From the NCBI GenBank assembly GCA_965287045.1, contig OZ336887.1, positions 21,266,001 through 21,330,000 on the forward strand: 64,000 bases of DNA. The letters are read 5' to 3'. This document shows positions 40,031 to 51,424 of the stretch, piece after piece. Made by a program: the position numbers and the translations under genes. Below the pieces are notes generated by a model that saw nothing but the letters and a program-made list of their open reading frames with translations, was not told the origin of the DNA and made no database searches. The DNA is from Carcharhinus amblyrhynchos. Lineage: Eukaryota. Position 1 is the stretch's first letter; the number at the start of each line of letters is the position of its first letter.

Positions 40031-42763
40031 AGAGGCAAGGAAGCCTCCTGCTGATCACCATCTACCATTCACCTCTGTTGATGTAACAACATTCTTCTAT
40101 ATTAAACACCAATTGAAAGAAACACTGTGGCTGGCAAGGACACATAATCTACTCTGGCTGACGGACTTGTCCATCAACAAGGGTGACGCAGTAATATCAC
40201 TACTGACCAAGTTGGTCGAGTCCTGAAGAACATAGCTGCTAGACTATGACTGAGGGAGATGGTGAGAGAGTCAAGAGGGAAAATCTTACTTGACCTCACC
40301 CTTACCAATTGGTCGTAGTTGCATCTGTCCATGACAGTATAGGCTGGAGTGTCCACCGCACTATCCTTGAGACAAAAACCTGTCTTCACATTTGAGGATG
40401 CTTTCCATTGCATTGTATGGCACTATCACCATGTTAAATGGAATAAATTTTGAACAGATCTAGCAAATCAAAACTGGGCTTCCATGTGTTACTGTGGGCC
40501 ATCAGCAGCAGCAGAATTGTATTCAGCCACAATTTGTAACCTCACGCTCTGGCATAACACTCACTCTACCATTACTACCAAGCTGGGGGTTTAACCCTAG
40601 TTCAAAGAAGAGTGCAGGAGTGCTTGCAAAAACAGCACTAAGCATGCCTAAAAATGAGACATTAGCCTGGTGAAGCTACAACACAGGACTACTTGCACAT
40701 CAAACAGCTGAAACATCATGCAATAGACAGAACTAAGAGATGCCACAAGCAATAGATCAGATCAAAGGTCAGAGGTGCTAGCATATACAGTCCCTAATGA
40801 TAGTGTACAATTAAAGGACTAAATGGAGGATGACCATCTACAAGTATCCCCATCCTCAATGATGGAGGGAGCCCAGCACATCAGTGCAAAAGACATGGCT
40901 GAAGCACTTGCAACCACCTTCAGGCAGAAGATGGTTGCAAAATGGGTGATTCACTTTCTCTTGAGGTCTGAGCATCACAGATATCAGTTTTCAGCTAATT
41001 CGATTCATTCTGTATGATATTGAGAAACAGCTGAAGGGGATTGGCTTTCATTCCAGCAGTAGTACTGAGGATTTGAGCCACGCAACTAGTTGCACCCCAG
41101 CCAAGCTGTTCCAGTACAACTACAACATTGGCATCAACCTACAATGTGTAAAATTGTCCAGTTATGTCCTGTCCAAAAAAGCAGGTCAAATTCAACCTGG
41201 CCAATTAGAGCCATAGCAATCTACTCTTGATATCAGAAAACTGATAGTATGATCTGGTGGCACTTATACAGAAATAACCTGCTCACTGACACTCAGTTTG
41301 GGTTTTGCCAGGGTCACTTAGCTCCTGACCTAACTACAGCCTTGGTCCAAACATGGGCAAAAGTGCTGAACCTAAGAAGTGGTGTGAGAATGATTGCCTT
41401 GACATCAAAGCAGCACTTGGCTGAGTATGGCACAAGGACTGCCAGCAAAACTGGGATCAATGGAAATCACAGAAAAAATTCTAGCATATGTCATACCCAG
41501 CTCAAAAAAAATGGCTGTAGTCGCTGTATGCCAATCATCTCTGTCCCAGGACATTGCTGCAGGAGCTGCTCAGGGGAGTGACTAAACTAACTATTCTTCC
41601 CTCCAACATTAGGTCAGAAATGCTGATGCTTGCACAGTATTCACTTACAATTGGAACACCTCAGATATTGAAGCAGACCATTTCCATATCTAGCAAGACC
41701 TGTACTCAGGCTTGGGCTGATAATGGCAAGTAACATTTGCACTACACAGTGCCAGGCAAATACCATCTCCAATGAGAGATACTAACCATCTCCCCTAGGC
41801 ATTCAACAGCAATACCATTTCTGAATCCCCCACCATGAGCATCTTGGTATTTACTAATAAACAGATACTGAACTTGACCATATAAATACTCTGGCTACAA
41901 AAGCAGAAGAGAGGCAGGGAATTGTGTGGCAAGTAACCCATCTCCTGACTGCCCAAAGCCTGTCCAGCACCTAAAAGGCAGCAATCAAGGTTTTGCCGCA
42001 ATTCAAGAAGGCAGCTCACCATTACCTTCTGAAGGTAAACTAGGGATAGGCAATAAATGCTGGCCTAGCCAACAATGCCCACATCCCATAAATAAATAAA
42101 AAATAATAACATGATGGAATATTCTCCATTTCCATGGATGAGTGCAACTCTAACAAAAGTCAAGAAACTTGAGGACTAAGTTTCTTTGTTCAACTATCCA
42201 GGACAAAATAGCCTGTTTGATTGGCATTCCATCCACCATTTAAGCATTCACTATTTCTAGCACTAACCCACAGTGGCATTAGTGTGTACCATCTACAAGA
42301 TGCACTGTTGCAACTTGCCAAAGTACCTTTGACCATCCAAACTTGTAATCTCTGCCACCTAGGAGGACAAGGGCAGCAGATGCATGGAAGCACCATCCCC
42401 TGCAATGTTCCCTCCAAGCCATACATCATCCTGATTTGAAACAACATTGCCATTCCTTCACTGTTATTGAACCAAATCCTGGAACTCTCATCCTAACAGC
42501 ACTGTGGTTGTACCATCACCACATGGATTGCATTGCTTAACAAAAGTGGTACATCTCCACCTTCCCGAGGGTAATTAGGGAAAGACAATAATTGCTGACC
42601 TAGCCTGAAATGCCCAGATCCCGGTTAATGATCAGTTAAAGTAAAAACTCTGTCCACATCCAGCAGTTTCAGTCACTGAGATGGTAGGATTTAAGCTCAG
42701 CTGTCAGGTTCAGTGGTGACATATTGCTGAGTAATGCATTTTGTGGTAATGTATTGTGTACAG

Positions 42764-42869
42764 GTTGATATCTATGCTGGAGCTGTCTTCATTAAACAAG
42801 CTCTTCATTGGGACTTGTACATTGCAGTGATTGGATTATTGGTGATCACCACTCTCTACACTGTTGGAG
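42764..42869 (+). CDS. SLC5A11: SLC5A11 coding exon 6 (VDIYAGAVFIKQAL...LYTVG)
   Basis: gtgtacag acceptor, gtaggt donor, 106 nt. Confidence 0.95.
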
Positions 42870-43075
42870 GTAGGTTTAGAAAACTGAACCTTCTTCCCAT
42901 GTGAAGTGTAATTGCATTCAGCCACACCATCCTCACAGGATCTGCTTCAAACATTCTCACCTCTCTCATGCTTCTACATCATCAGAATGCATTCATTGTT
43001 TTTTGTTTTTGTGTTAAATGGGTGATTTTTGTCCCAAATGAGTGCAATTTAGTTTTGTTTTATTTACTGTGATAG

Positions 43076-43156
43076 GTGGGCTGGCGGCTGTAATATACAC
43101 TGATGCACTGCAGACAGTGATTATGCTGATTGGAGCTCTCATTCTCATGGCATATG
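43076..43156 (+). CDS. SLC5A11: SLC5A11 coding exon 7 ([27 protein letters not shown])
   Basis: gtgatag acceptor, gtaagt donor, 81 nt. Confidence 0.95.
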
Positions 43157-43384
43157 GTAAGTGTACTTGAGCTGAGTGCCCAATGTTACAACTTGCACCA
43201 TTATTAATCAAAACTGAGTTTCATTTTGCTGTTGGACATGCACAAAGAGGTTTATATTGTAGTATTAGGGGCTGGGGTATAGAAGGTTAATAGGACAGAG
43301 TACAGCATCACCCACAAAATGATGTAATAGAACACATGACTCCTAAGGGTCTGTTTAGTGTTGGACAGAACCATGTGTTGGACA

Positions 43385-43582
43385 GAACCTCTTTACTCAG
43401 AGGGTAGTAAGGGCATGGAATGCCCTGCCTGCAGCAGTTGTGGACTCGCCAACTTTAAGGGCATTCAAATGGTCAGCGGATAGGCATATGGATAACATTG
43501 GAATAGTTTAGGTTAGAGGGTCATTAGATTGGTTCCACTGGTCGGCGCAACATCAAGGGCCGAAAGGCCTGTACTGCACTGT
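43385..43582 (+). mobile_element. CR1-group LINE 3' end of a different subfamily
   Basis: FTQRVVRAWNALPAAVV remnant; tail ggtcggcgcaacatc...ggcctgtactgcactgta...ttctatgt. Confidence 0.8.
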
Positions 43583-43599
43583 AATGTGCTATTTTCTAT

Positions 43600-46500
43600 G
43601 TGTGCAAGCACGCCTGGAGACACCTCCTAGCTTGAATCCTTTACGGTATATATGTACATAATTCTTGTATCTAATAAATACATAATTAACCTATTTAAGA
43701 CCATGAAAAATTCATTAAGACCTACTAAATGTTTTCCCACACTCTACAAAATGGTGGCAGTGAATGGTAAAACTCCAAACTTCGCAACAAATTTGGAGAT
43801 AAACTAGAATCTTGGAAGATGAAAGAAAAATTTGATGAAGTATTCTAAACTGAAGCAAAGCTTGAGAAGTAGACTTGCAGAGGAGAATCCCCAGGGGTAA
43901 AGATCTAAAGAAAGGCTTGGAAGCTGAAGGCAGAAATTAAACATTCCTTATTGCAGCAGAAGACTCCACATGATCTCTTGGAAATCTAACTTCAATTCCC
44001 AGAGTACAGAGTTAGCAGACCTAGCAGGGGTGAGCAAAAGCTTTTAAATTCCAGGCTAAAGAAAGTTCCAAGAAGCTTTTAAATGATATAGTGCTCAGAA
44101 ATTGCAATTTAAAAACCCTGTCAGAAAAACTAGATTCCAGTATTGGCATCCGAGCTCACTCTCAGAAGGGATAAAAAAATTAATAAATTTGGAAGACTTG
44201 CAACTAAGGAATCAACTTTAAAGACTAGCAAAGACAGAATTTGACAATTTCTTGAACCTAAAACATAGCTGTAAAATGGAGAGGTCTGTAATGAGTCAAT
44301 CCAAGCAGAATGTTTAAAATTTTTTCAAGGCTGAGCAGTAGTGCATGCAAAGGTAAATCTTTTTTCTTCAATGAATGGCAGTGCCATCTTGAATTTCAGC
44401 AACATCTTAAAGTTGAATGGTCATATGCTTGCTTACGCAACTGTGTGGATGGTACTATACTCAGTCCCAATTAACCCAAAATGTGCCAAAACCTTCTACT
44501 ACACCTCCGCATGTCTTTATCCAATGTATTTTAAATAATTATAGTTTACCTTATGTATTACAATGCTATATATTTATATAGCATATATTTAAATTGTCAT
44601 TCCTACAATACCATTATCCAATTCCCCTTCTTTCAAGCCCTTGAATTCAAATGTCCTGGTGGCCTTGAGGTTTTATAACCCTTCCATATCTTGCTTGAAT
44701 TCCTGTCAGAGGAGTGGCAGGTACTGTTACTACTGATTCTTCCTATATGTTTGGAAATTATTGTGGCATCTGTGTTTATCATCCTTTTCTTTCATTATTA
44801 TGTATTGAACCACACTTGGTCAGTTTGATTGTTGTGCTGTTTAGTGGTTATTAGTCCCAAATCATTTCTTGCAGGGTGGGTGAATGTTGGATTTGCCGCA
44901 TCATTACTTTTACTTGTTCCATTGTGGGTTGTGGTGATGTCCTCTGTGACAGTGAATGAGCGTTCCTGTGATGAGAATGAGATTTATTGGTATGCTCACC
45001 TCTCCATTTTGCGATCAGCAATGGTCAGCTGCTATCAAGTTCCAGCATCTTTTGTGGCTTTGACATGCTGGCTGGGAGTCACAGTGTATGCTTGGTGGTT
45101 ACACTATTGACCTGTTGTAACACCTTCAGAGCTGGAGGTTGACACTCAAACTGCTGGTTACATTCTTTTACATCCTCCACTGGAGGCATTGTGGTTAACT
45201 CCTTGGTGGTTGGCTGGTCTGATAGATGTAGGTTTTCCAGCAGCTGTAATGAGAATAGACAAACCTGCTCCACAAAGAGAGATCATGCAGAGCTGAAGTC
45301 CCAATCAGGATACTATTTTGGTTTAAGTACTTTGGAACTTGCAACTCTGTATAATTACTGACTGTGGTTGTCTTGAAACTTTCTGCCATTTTGTGGAGGT
45401 CCAGGGCTACACAGGCAACTCTGCTCAAGAGAGAGATAGGCTGGTTATAGCTGATATAGATCAACTGTTTGCTACCGTAACTTAGTGGTTCCAGGATCAT
45501 GCTCATGACTAGAAGTTGAATTCCTCTGGTTCATAGAGTGGTGTGTTTATTGTTCGAAGCAAGAGGTCTTTTAGCCATGTTCTTTTTCTAACAGGACTGT
45601 TATGCTGGCTGCTATGTTTAATCTAAAATTTGTTTAATGACCATGGACCAAAAGATCTGCTTTCCAAAATAAGAAATCAAGTTCTTTAACTTCACTTAAG
45701 AAGCATGGCTGTGTGTCCTCTGGGCATGCAATTTCAATTTTGTGGATAATCTTTGGGCCTTCTGTGCATTTCAGAGTTTTGCCTTGAACAGTTTATTGTA
45801 GTGTCCAATTTTGCTACACTGAATGCATTGAGCTGTAATTGCAGGATTTTGGATCTTGCCTGTGGGTGCACTTTCCTCCACACCATTGACATGTTCACTC
45901 ATTATGGGCACCATGATTTATTCTCTCCCTTTAAAATGGTCCTGTGCTGTTCAGAGTTCTGACTAACTATTTGGATTGCCTTTTCTAGGGTTAGACCTTC
46001 CTTTGCTTGCAGGAGGTCAGTGTGTCATCTCCTACTCCTACGATTTTCTCTTTGATGAGATCTAATTTTAAATTTCTGGACTCACAACATTCCACCTTCC
46101 TGTAAATATCAAATGATTTTAGTGCCTCTTTGAATTTTGTAGATCATTCATTAATTCCCTGCCTTTTAGTAATGTTGTCCCCAAATGGGCCTACTGAGTA
46201 AAGCAGCATGTTCACCTGCTTTTCTTTTGACTTTTTTTATTTAAACCTGTAGTGATGCTGTATCTTAAGAATCTTTTCCTTTAAAGCCCCAATTTTGTGA
46301 TTGACCTGGGTCTTGGAATGTCCAAATTGATTTAGAAGTGTGTAATTCTGATATTGTTCAAAATTTTAAAAGTGTAACTTCTGCTTTAAGAGCTATCTGA
46401 ATTTTAAGATGGCATCACCATTCACTCAGTGGGAAAGGGATTTTGTGTGCTTGCCAGTTTTGGTGGGCTCTTCAATACTGGCAATGGCGCTCAGCTTGAG

Positions 46501-47395
46501 AGATTCTTATAAGAATGGCTACCTGCAGATTTCTTGTTCAGTGTTTTACACTTTTGACTCAAGTCCATCAGATTCTCACATTTGCTTGTTTTTACCAAAT
46601 TGAACAGTCTTGGTGTTCCTGAAATATTTAATAAACACTTTCTCTTATTTTTCATTTCTGATAAGCTTGGATGCCTCTTGTTCAGCCTCCAACTCAGGAA
46701 TTGGGTTTTAGTGATGGCCTTCTTTCAAACTACACTTCTGATGTTGAATTATTTAAAGATTTCTCAGGATTTATTGCAACCTGGAACTTTAAAAGATTTA
46801 ACTCACTCTCTCAAATTCTGCTGACTCTATACTCTGAAACTGGACTTAAAAAGGATTTTGCTGAATATGGAATTTTACATTTTTGCTTTCGGCTTCCAAG
46901 CCTTTTTTGGGGATGTTTTCCAGGTGACATTTCCCCGGCTTTTGGAGCTTCTGTTCGGGTCAGAATGCTTTGTTGAATTTTTCTCAGTCTTCTAGCATTT
47001 TAGCAAGGCTCTGGTTTTTATCCCTCTGCTGTCACCATGTTGTTGAGTGTTTGGTAGACCTGAAGAAGTCTTTGTAGTGATACATAGGTAATTATAAGTC
47101 TCTATTCACTCTTAAAATTATTTACAAATATAAAGTGTACAGGCTAGGAGCTGTCTCCATGCTTAAGCTTGAACTTGGCTCTGTCCAACACCACATTGGC
47201 ATTGGGTGCATGTCGTATCCTCTCTTACATCATGGTGTGGGTCAGTCTCACATTAATTCTATATATGCAAACTCATATACAATAGAACATTTTGCAGTAC
47301 ATGGTTCTTGCAGTTAATAAATACATAAAGTTAATCTTCTTAAGACTAAGAAAACTTCATTAAGAGTAATCAGATAGTATCCAACATTCTACAAA
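43600..47395. mobile_element. Degenerate Gypsy-like LTR retrotransposon relics: one + copy with a related - copy nested inside
   Basis: LTR-like direct repeats 43650-43750 and 47295-47395; PBS-like tggtggcag at 43752 (+) and tggtgacagc near 47030 (-); shared aaaggcttggaagcygaa on opposite strands; integrase-like RVACVALDL on minus. Confidence 0.55.
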
Positions 47396-48491
47396 AAATC
47401 AGTCACATGGTGATGGTTGATGCCAATCACAAAGGGCCAATACTCATTGCATTATTGGAACTGACATTCAAAAATTGTAGGGACCAACTCCAAATATGCA
47501 GTTTTGTTGTTGGGCTTGTTCTGCCCCGAGTCACTGCTGGATTTGAGTTGGTATGAAGTCTCATCCAATTTTCAACCATTAAATTTATTGATGCCTCGTA
47601 GAGCTACACTTAAAGCACCAGTTCTCCAAAGCACAATCCCTTTGAACACGCGTTCAGCAAATTTACACTCAAATTTGCTTCTTTGATAAGTATGGTTACA
47701 CTGTACACAATATCCACTTTAAAGCCCATATGGCTCAGTAGAGTTCAAAGATCCCAGGCTCAAGCTGCATCCAGGACTTGATCATGGAAGGAGCTTTCCC
47801 GTGGCTAAAAACAGGTTGTTAATCAGCCTGCAAAATGATCCCAACACGACACAGATGCAAATACACTCAACAACGAAATACCTGGGCAATTCACAGTGTC
47901 ATTTCTCACCATTTTGCTATAAGTGTGATTAGGGTATTAAATTAGTTAGAAAGGTACAAGAATAATGTTTGCAGCAACTGAAATGAATCCAGGAACCAAT
48001 GAATTCAGAGGTTTTGCTTTGTTCCCGAAATGTTTCTGATCAAATTGGTTGAAGCCTCTTCATTCTTGAAAGTCATAACAGTGGATTCAAACCAGTGATG
48101 CCAGAAACACTGAGCTCCCAGTGCATTCCAATGGGTGGATGTTATTCAGAACCATAGTATGTCTTCAGAGAAAATGAATGAAACCAACAACCTCTCTTGA
48201 GTTTCCCTGGCAGTAAGCTCAGATAACTCATAATGGAATATCACCAATTAGCTGACGGCGAGAAGACCTTAACATATGCGATAAAAGGAAATAGAAGATG
48301 CCTTTTGTACGAAAGAAGAATTTTTTTTGGCAAAGATTGCATCTTCAGAGTAATTCCAAAGGAATCTTGATTTATTTTAAAGAGGCATTACTTATTTACA
48401 GTATTGAATTTCGAGCATAATTCAGGGTTTAACTAACTGGATGTATGTGTATGTTTTTGCTAGACCAATAAAACAAACCTTTGTTTTACAG

Positions 48492-48697
48492 CTTTCATTG
48501 AAGTTGAAGGTTATTCAGGCCTTCAGGAACTGTACTTGCATGCCATTCCAAGTGTTCGTGACCTCAACACAACTTGTGGCCTCCCAAGAAATGATGCTTT
48601 TCACATATTTCGGAATCCTGTGACCTCTGACTTTCCTTGGCCAGGCGTATTGATTGGAATGACCATCCCTTCAATCTGGTATTGGTGCACTGATCAG
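48492..48697 (+). CDS. SLC5A11: SLC5A11 coding exon 8 (AFIEVEG...[16 protein letters not shown]...WYWCTDQ)
   Basis: ttgttttacag acceptor, CAG|gtaaca donor, 206 nt; N-glycosylation sequon NTT in the loop. Confidence 0.96.
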
Positions 48698-49324
48698 GTA
48701 ACATCCTTTAGCTAATAATGGTCATAGTGTGTCATAACTTGGACTTCTCTTCTGCTCTTACAAAACTATGCTTGGAGTTCCTATTGCGACTTATTGCCTC
48801 AACAATTCACCTTTCCCGTACTTGTGTATACAATTAGCCCAGTTGTTAACAAAGTAGAAACGTCACTATATTTCTTAATTTTCTCTCAGCTGCACAAGTC
48901 AACTTCACTGTAAGTAACTGGGTGAAGAAGTTAGTATGCATTGGACCCAGACTAATTTCTCAGTCATTGGGCGGAATCTTTGATTCCATATAACTTAGGA
49001 AGTGGAGTCAGAAATAATACCATCTAACATCTGTCACCTGGGAGGAGGTGAGGTGTGGGTGGTTGTGGGATGTCTGGCCATACATCTTCTTGTGCAAGTC
49101 AGCTTATATATGCATGCACGAGGAGCAAAATGCATCTTGTGGTGGGAGTAGGCAGGCATTGCCATCCCCTGCCCTTTTCTCGGGGGGAGGGGGTGGTCAA
49201 AGGTCCAGGTGCCATACTTAAGGAGCACACAGACAGCCATTTGCTCACTGCAAACTAGCGGCATTGCTGTAACTGTCATTATGTCACTTAGCCTGAAACA
49301 GTAACGTTGCAGAGCAGACAACAT

Positions 49325-49545
49325 GTAGCCCACAGTTCAGCAATGCCTGGATACAGATTCTCCTCCAGGTCATCTAGGAAAGACAGGAGATCTCGCTTTC
49401 CAAGTTGGCAGCAGGAGGCTCACTTGTCAGATCAAAGTGACCTGAATGGAGGTTGAAGTGCAGTTAAGTGGCCATAGGGATCACAAAAGAACCTGGCTGT
49501 AGTGCCGAAAAGAGATTGAAGGATCTGTTCCATTCCACCAGGTTA
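49325..49545 (+). pseudogene. Harbinger Myb/SANT-like DNA-binding gene remnant
   Basis: Frameshifted RTWL*CRK..RLKDL resembles the RTWxQCRKxxxDL motif of these proteins. Confidence 0.55.
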
Positions 49546-51038
49546 TGTGGCTCTATATACTCACTGCAAAACAGCACTTACAAGGGCATTAGGCAAAATA
49601 AGTGTGAGAGTGCAACTGCAGAGAGATGTCAGACAGGAATTTGTGTTGCAGGACTTAGCAGCAGATGAGACATGTTTACTGAATGTCTGACAGCCACTTC
49701 ATAATGCCTGAACATCAGTTTCACCATATTTGCTTGTTAATCACTTACTGCAGAAGGCTCAGGAACTGGCATTGGCATATGTGCCTTTAAATTGCTCATG
49801 CAACCATTGGAATGACACTCATTCTATCAGTCTGTTTGCAGGAGCAAAATGCAAACAGCATGAGGGCGCAGTCCTGGACTGATGGCAGACAGTCAGATAT
49901 CCAGATCCTCACCTATTCAAAGGGGAGATCCAGATAGGAAAGATGAGCACCTGTGGCGATGGTCAGACAGAACTTTCAGAGGAAGTTAGTGAGGAGCTGT
50001 ACAGTCCACGGTTGTCGGATGTGCTGATAGAGTGAGACATTGTTTAGATAAGGGAGTTTGCATAAACATTTTTCTCTTCACCACTCCAGGTACCAGCAAA
50101 CTGGCCTAGGCTAAGAACAGGAGGCAGCCCATCTCCAGCTCCACTTCCATCTCTGAGGATGATTCCGAATCCTCAGAGAATGCACCATCATAATGTTTAC
50201 CTGCACTCTCCACCACAGCAGATACATACATGTGAGCACTTGGCTGTCTCTATAGAAAGGATGGTGGCCATGTTGAATACAGAACATGCAGTGGCTACTG
50301 GATATGTGCTTGAATCTGCACTTCATCATTCTAGTCACGGGGTTGTTGTGCCTACTGCACAGTCTATTTTAACCCTCATATGGTGGACAAATAACTGCAA
50401 GTACACGTCTGGTTAGTTCAATCAAAATTTATTTAAGACGAACAATCAATAATCACCCACCCAACCATCAATAAGTTATCTTGGCTGTCTCTATAGTTTG
50501 ACCAGAAAGTCTCTTTTGTCCTGGAGATGACCCATATCCTGTGTATTCATTCATCTAGGTTGCAGCTTTTTTATCGCTGTCTTTTAGGCTGCAGCCTGTC
50601 ATTTTAGTTCGTGCCCAATTGTCCCAGAATGCTTTACAAATCGCCATTTTAGATGGCCCATTTGGCCACAGGATGCGGTGCAGCAATGGATAGGCAGGAG
50701 AGGGCAAGGCATTGCAACCTCCCTCCAGATGCCTCATCTCCTCAAAGAGGTGCCATTGCACGCTGCAACCCCGCACCCCACGGGCTTCATCTCAGACAAT
50801 CCAAGGTTGCTTTGCTGCTCAAACTCTGCTCTGCCAAAGACCCCATTTCCTCCAAGTCAGGCTGAGGAGGGTGGAACTGCACAGGAGACCCATAGCAAGC
50901 TGGGGTCCTCTCGGCCTCAGACCACCAGAGGATGCTTGCCCATAGTCAGCAGGTAGTCTCCATCTCAGCTATGGTTGTTGGGGCTGCACCTAGGCATTGT
51001 GATTACAAAAGGTAGTTTTGAAGTCACGTAAGTAGCAA

Positions 51039-51386
51039 GGGCAGCATGGTAGCACAGTGGTTAGCACTGCTGCTTCACCGCTCCAGGGACTTGGGTTCGA
51101 TTCCCGGTTCAGGTCACTGTCTGTGTGGAGTTTGCACATTCTCCTCGTGTCTGTGTGGGTTTCCTCCGGATGCTCCGGTTTCCTCCCACAGTCCAAAAAT
51201 GTGTGGGTTAGGTTGATTGGCCATGCTAAGAAATTGCCTCTTAGTATACTAGGATGCTTAGGTTAGAGGGATTAGCAGGTAAAATATGCAGGGATGCGGG
51301 GCTGGGGCCTGGGTGGGATTGTGGTCAGTGCAGACTCGATGGGCCGAGGGTCCTCCTTCTGCACTGTAGGGTTCTATGATTCTATG
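51039..51386 (+). mobile_element. HE1-like SINE, best-preserved copy
   Basis: A box tagcacagtgg, B box ggttcgattcc, core, and CR1-like tail ending ttctatgattctatg. Confidence 0.9.
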
Positions 51387-51424
51387 AAGAGTGTTCTACT
51401 ACTGTAGAGGTTTTTCACACTATA

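Larger units (their letters stand above)
37284..42632 (+). mobile_element. Decayed near-full-length CR1-group LINE with a tRNA-like head, split by nested insertions at 37755-40030
   Basis: Endonuclease-start remnant (GLVSKLTKLFHGLVKQWPDIAILMES) at about 37675-37755, resuming at about 40030; RT remnant LLTDTQFGFCQGHLAPDLTTALVQTW; 3' tail at 42480-42632. Confidence 0.7.

Noticed and set aside
51039-51110. tRNA gene (A and B boxes)
   Set aside because: It continues into a SINE core and LINE-like tail that occur about six times in the window.
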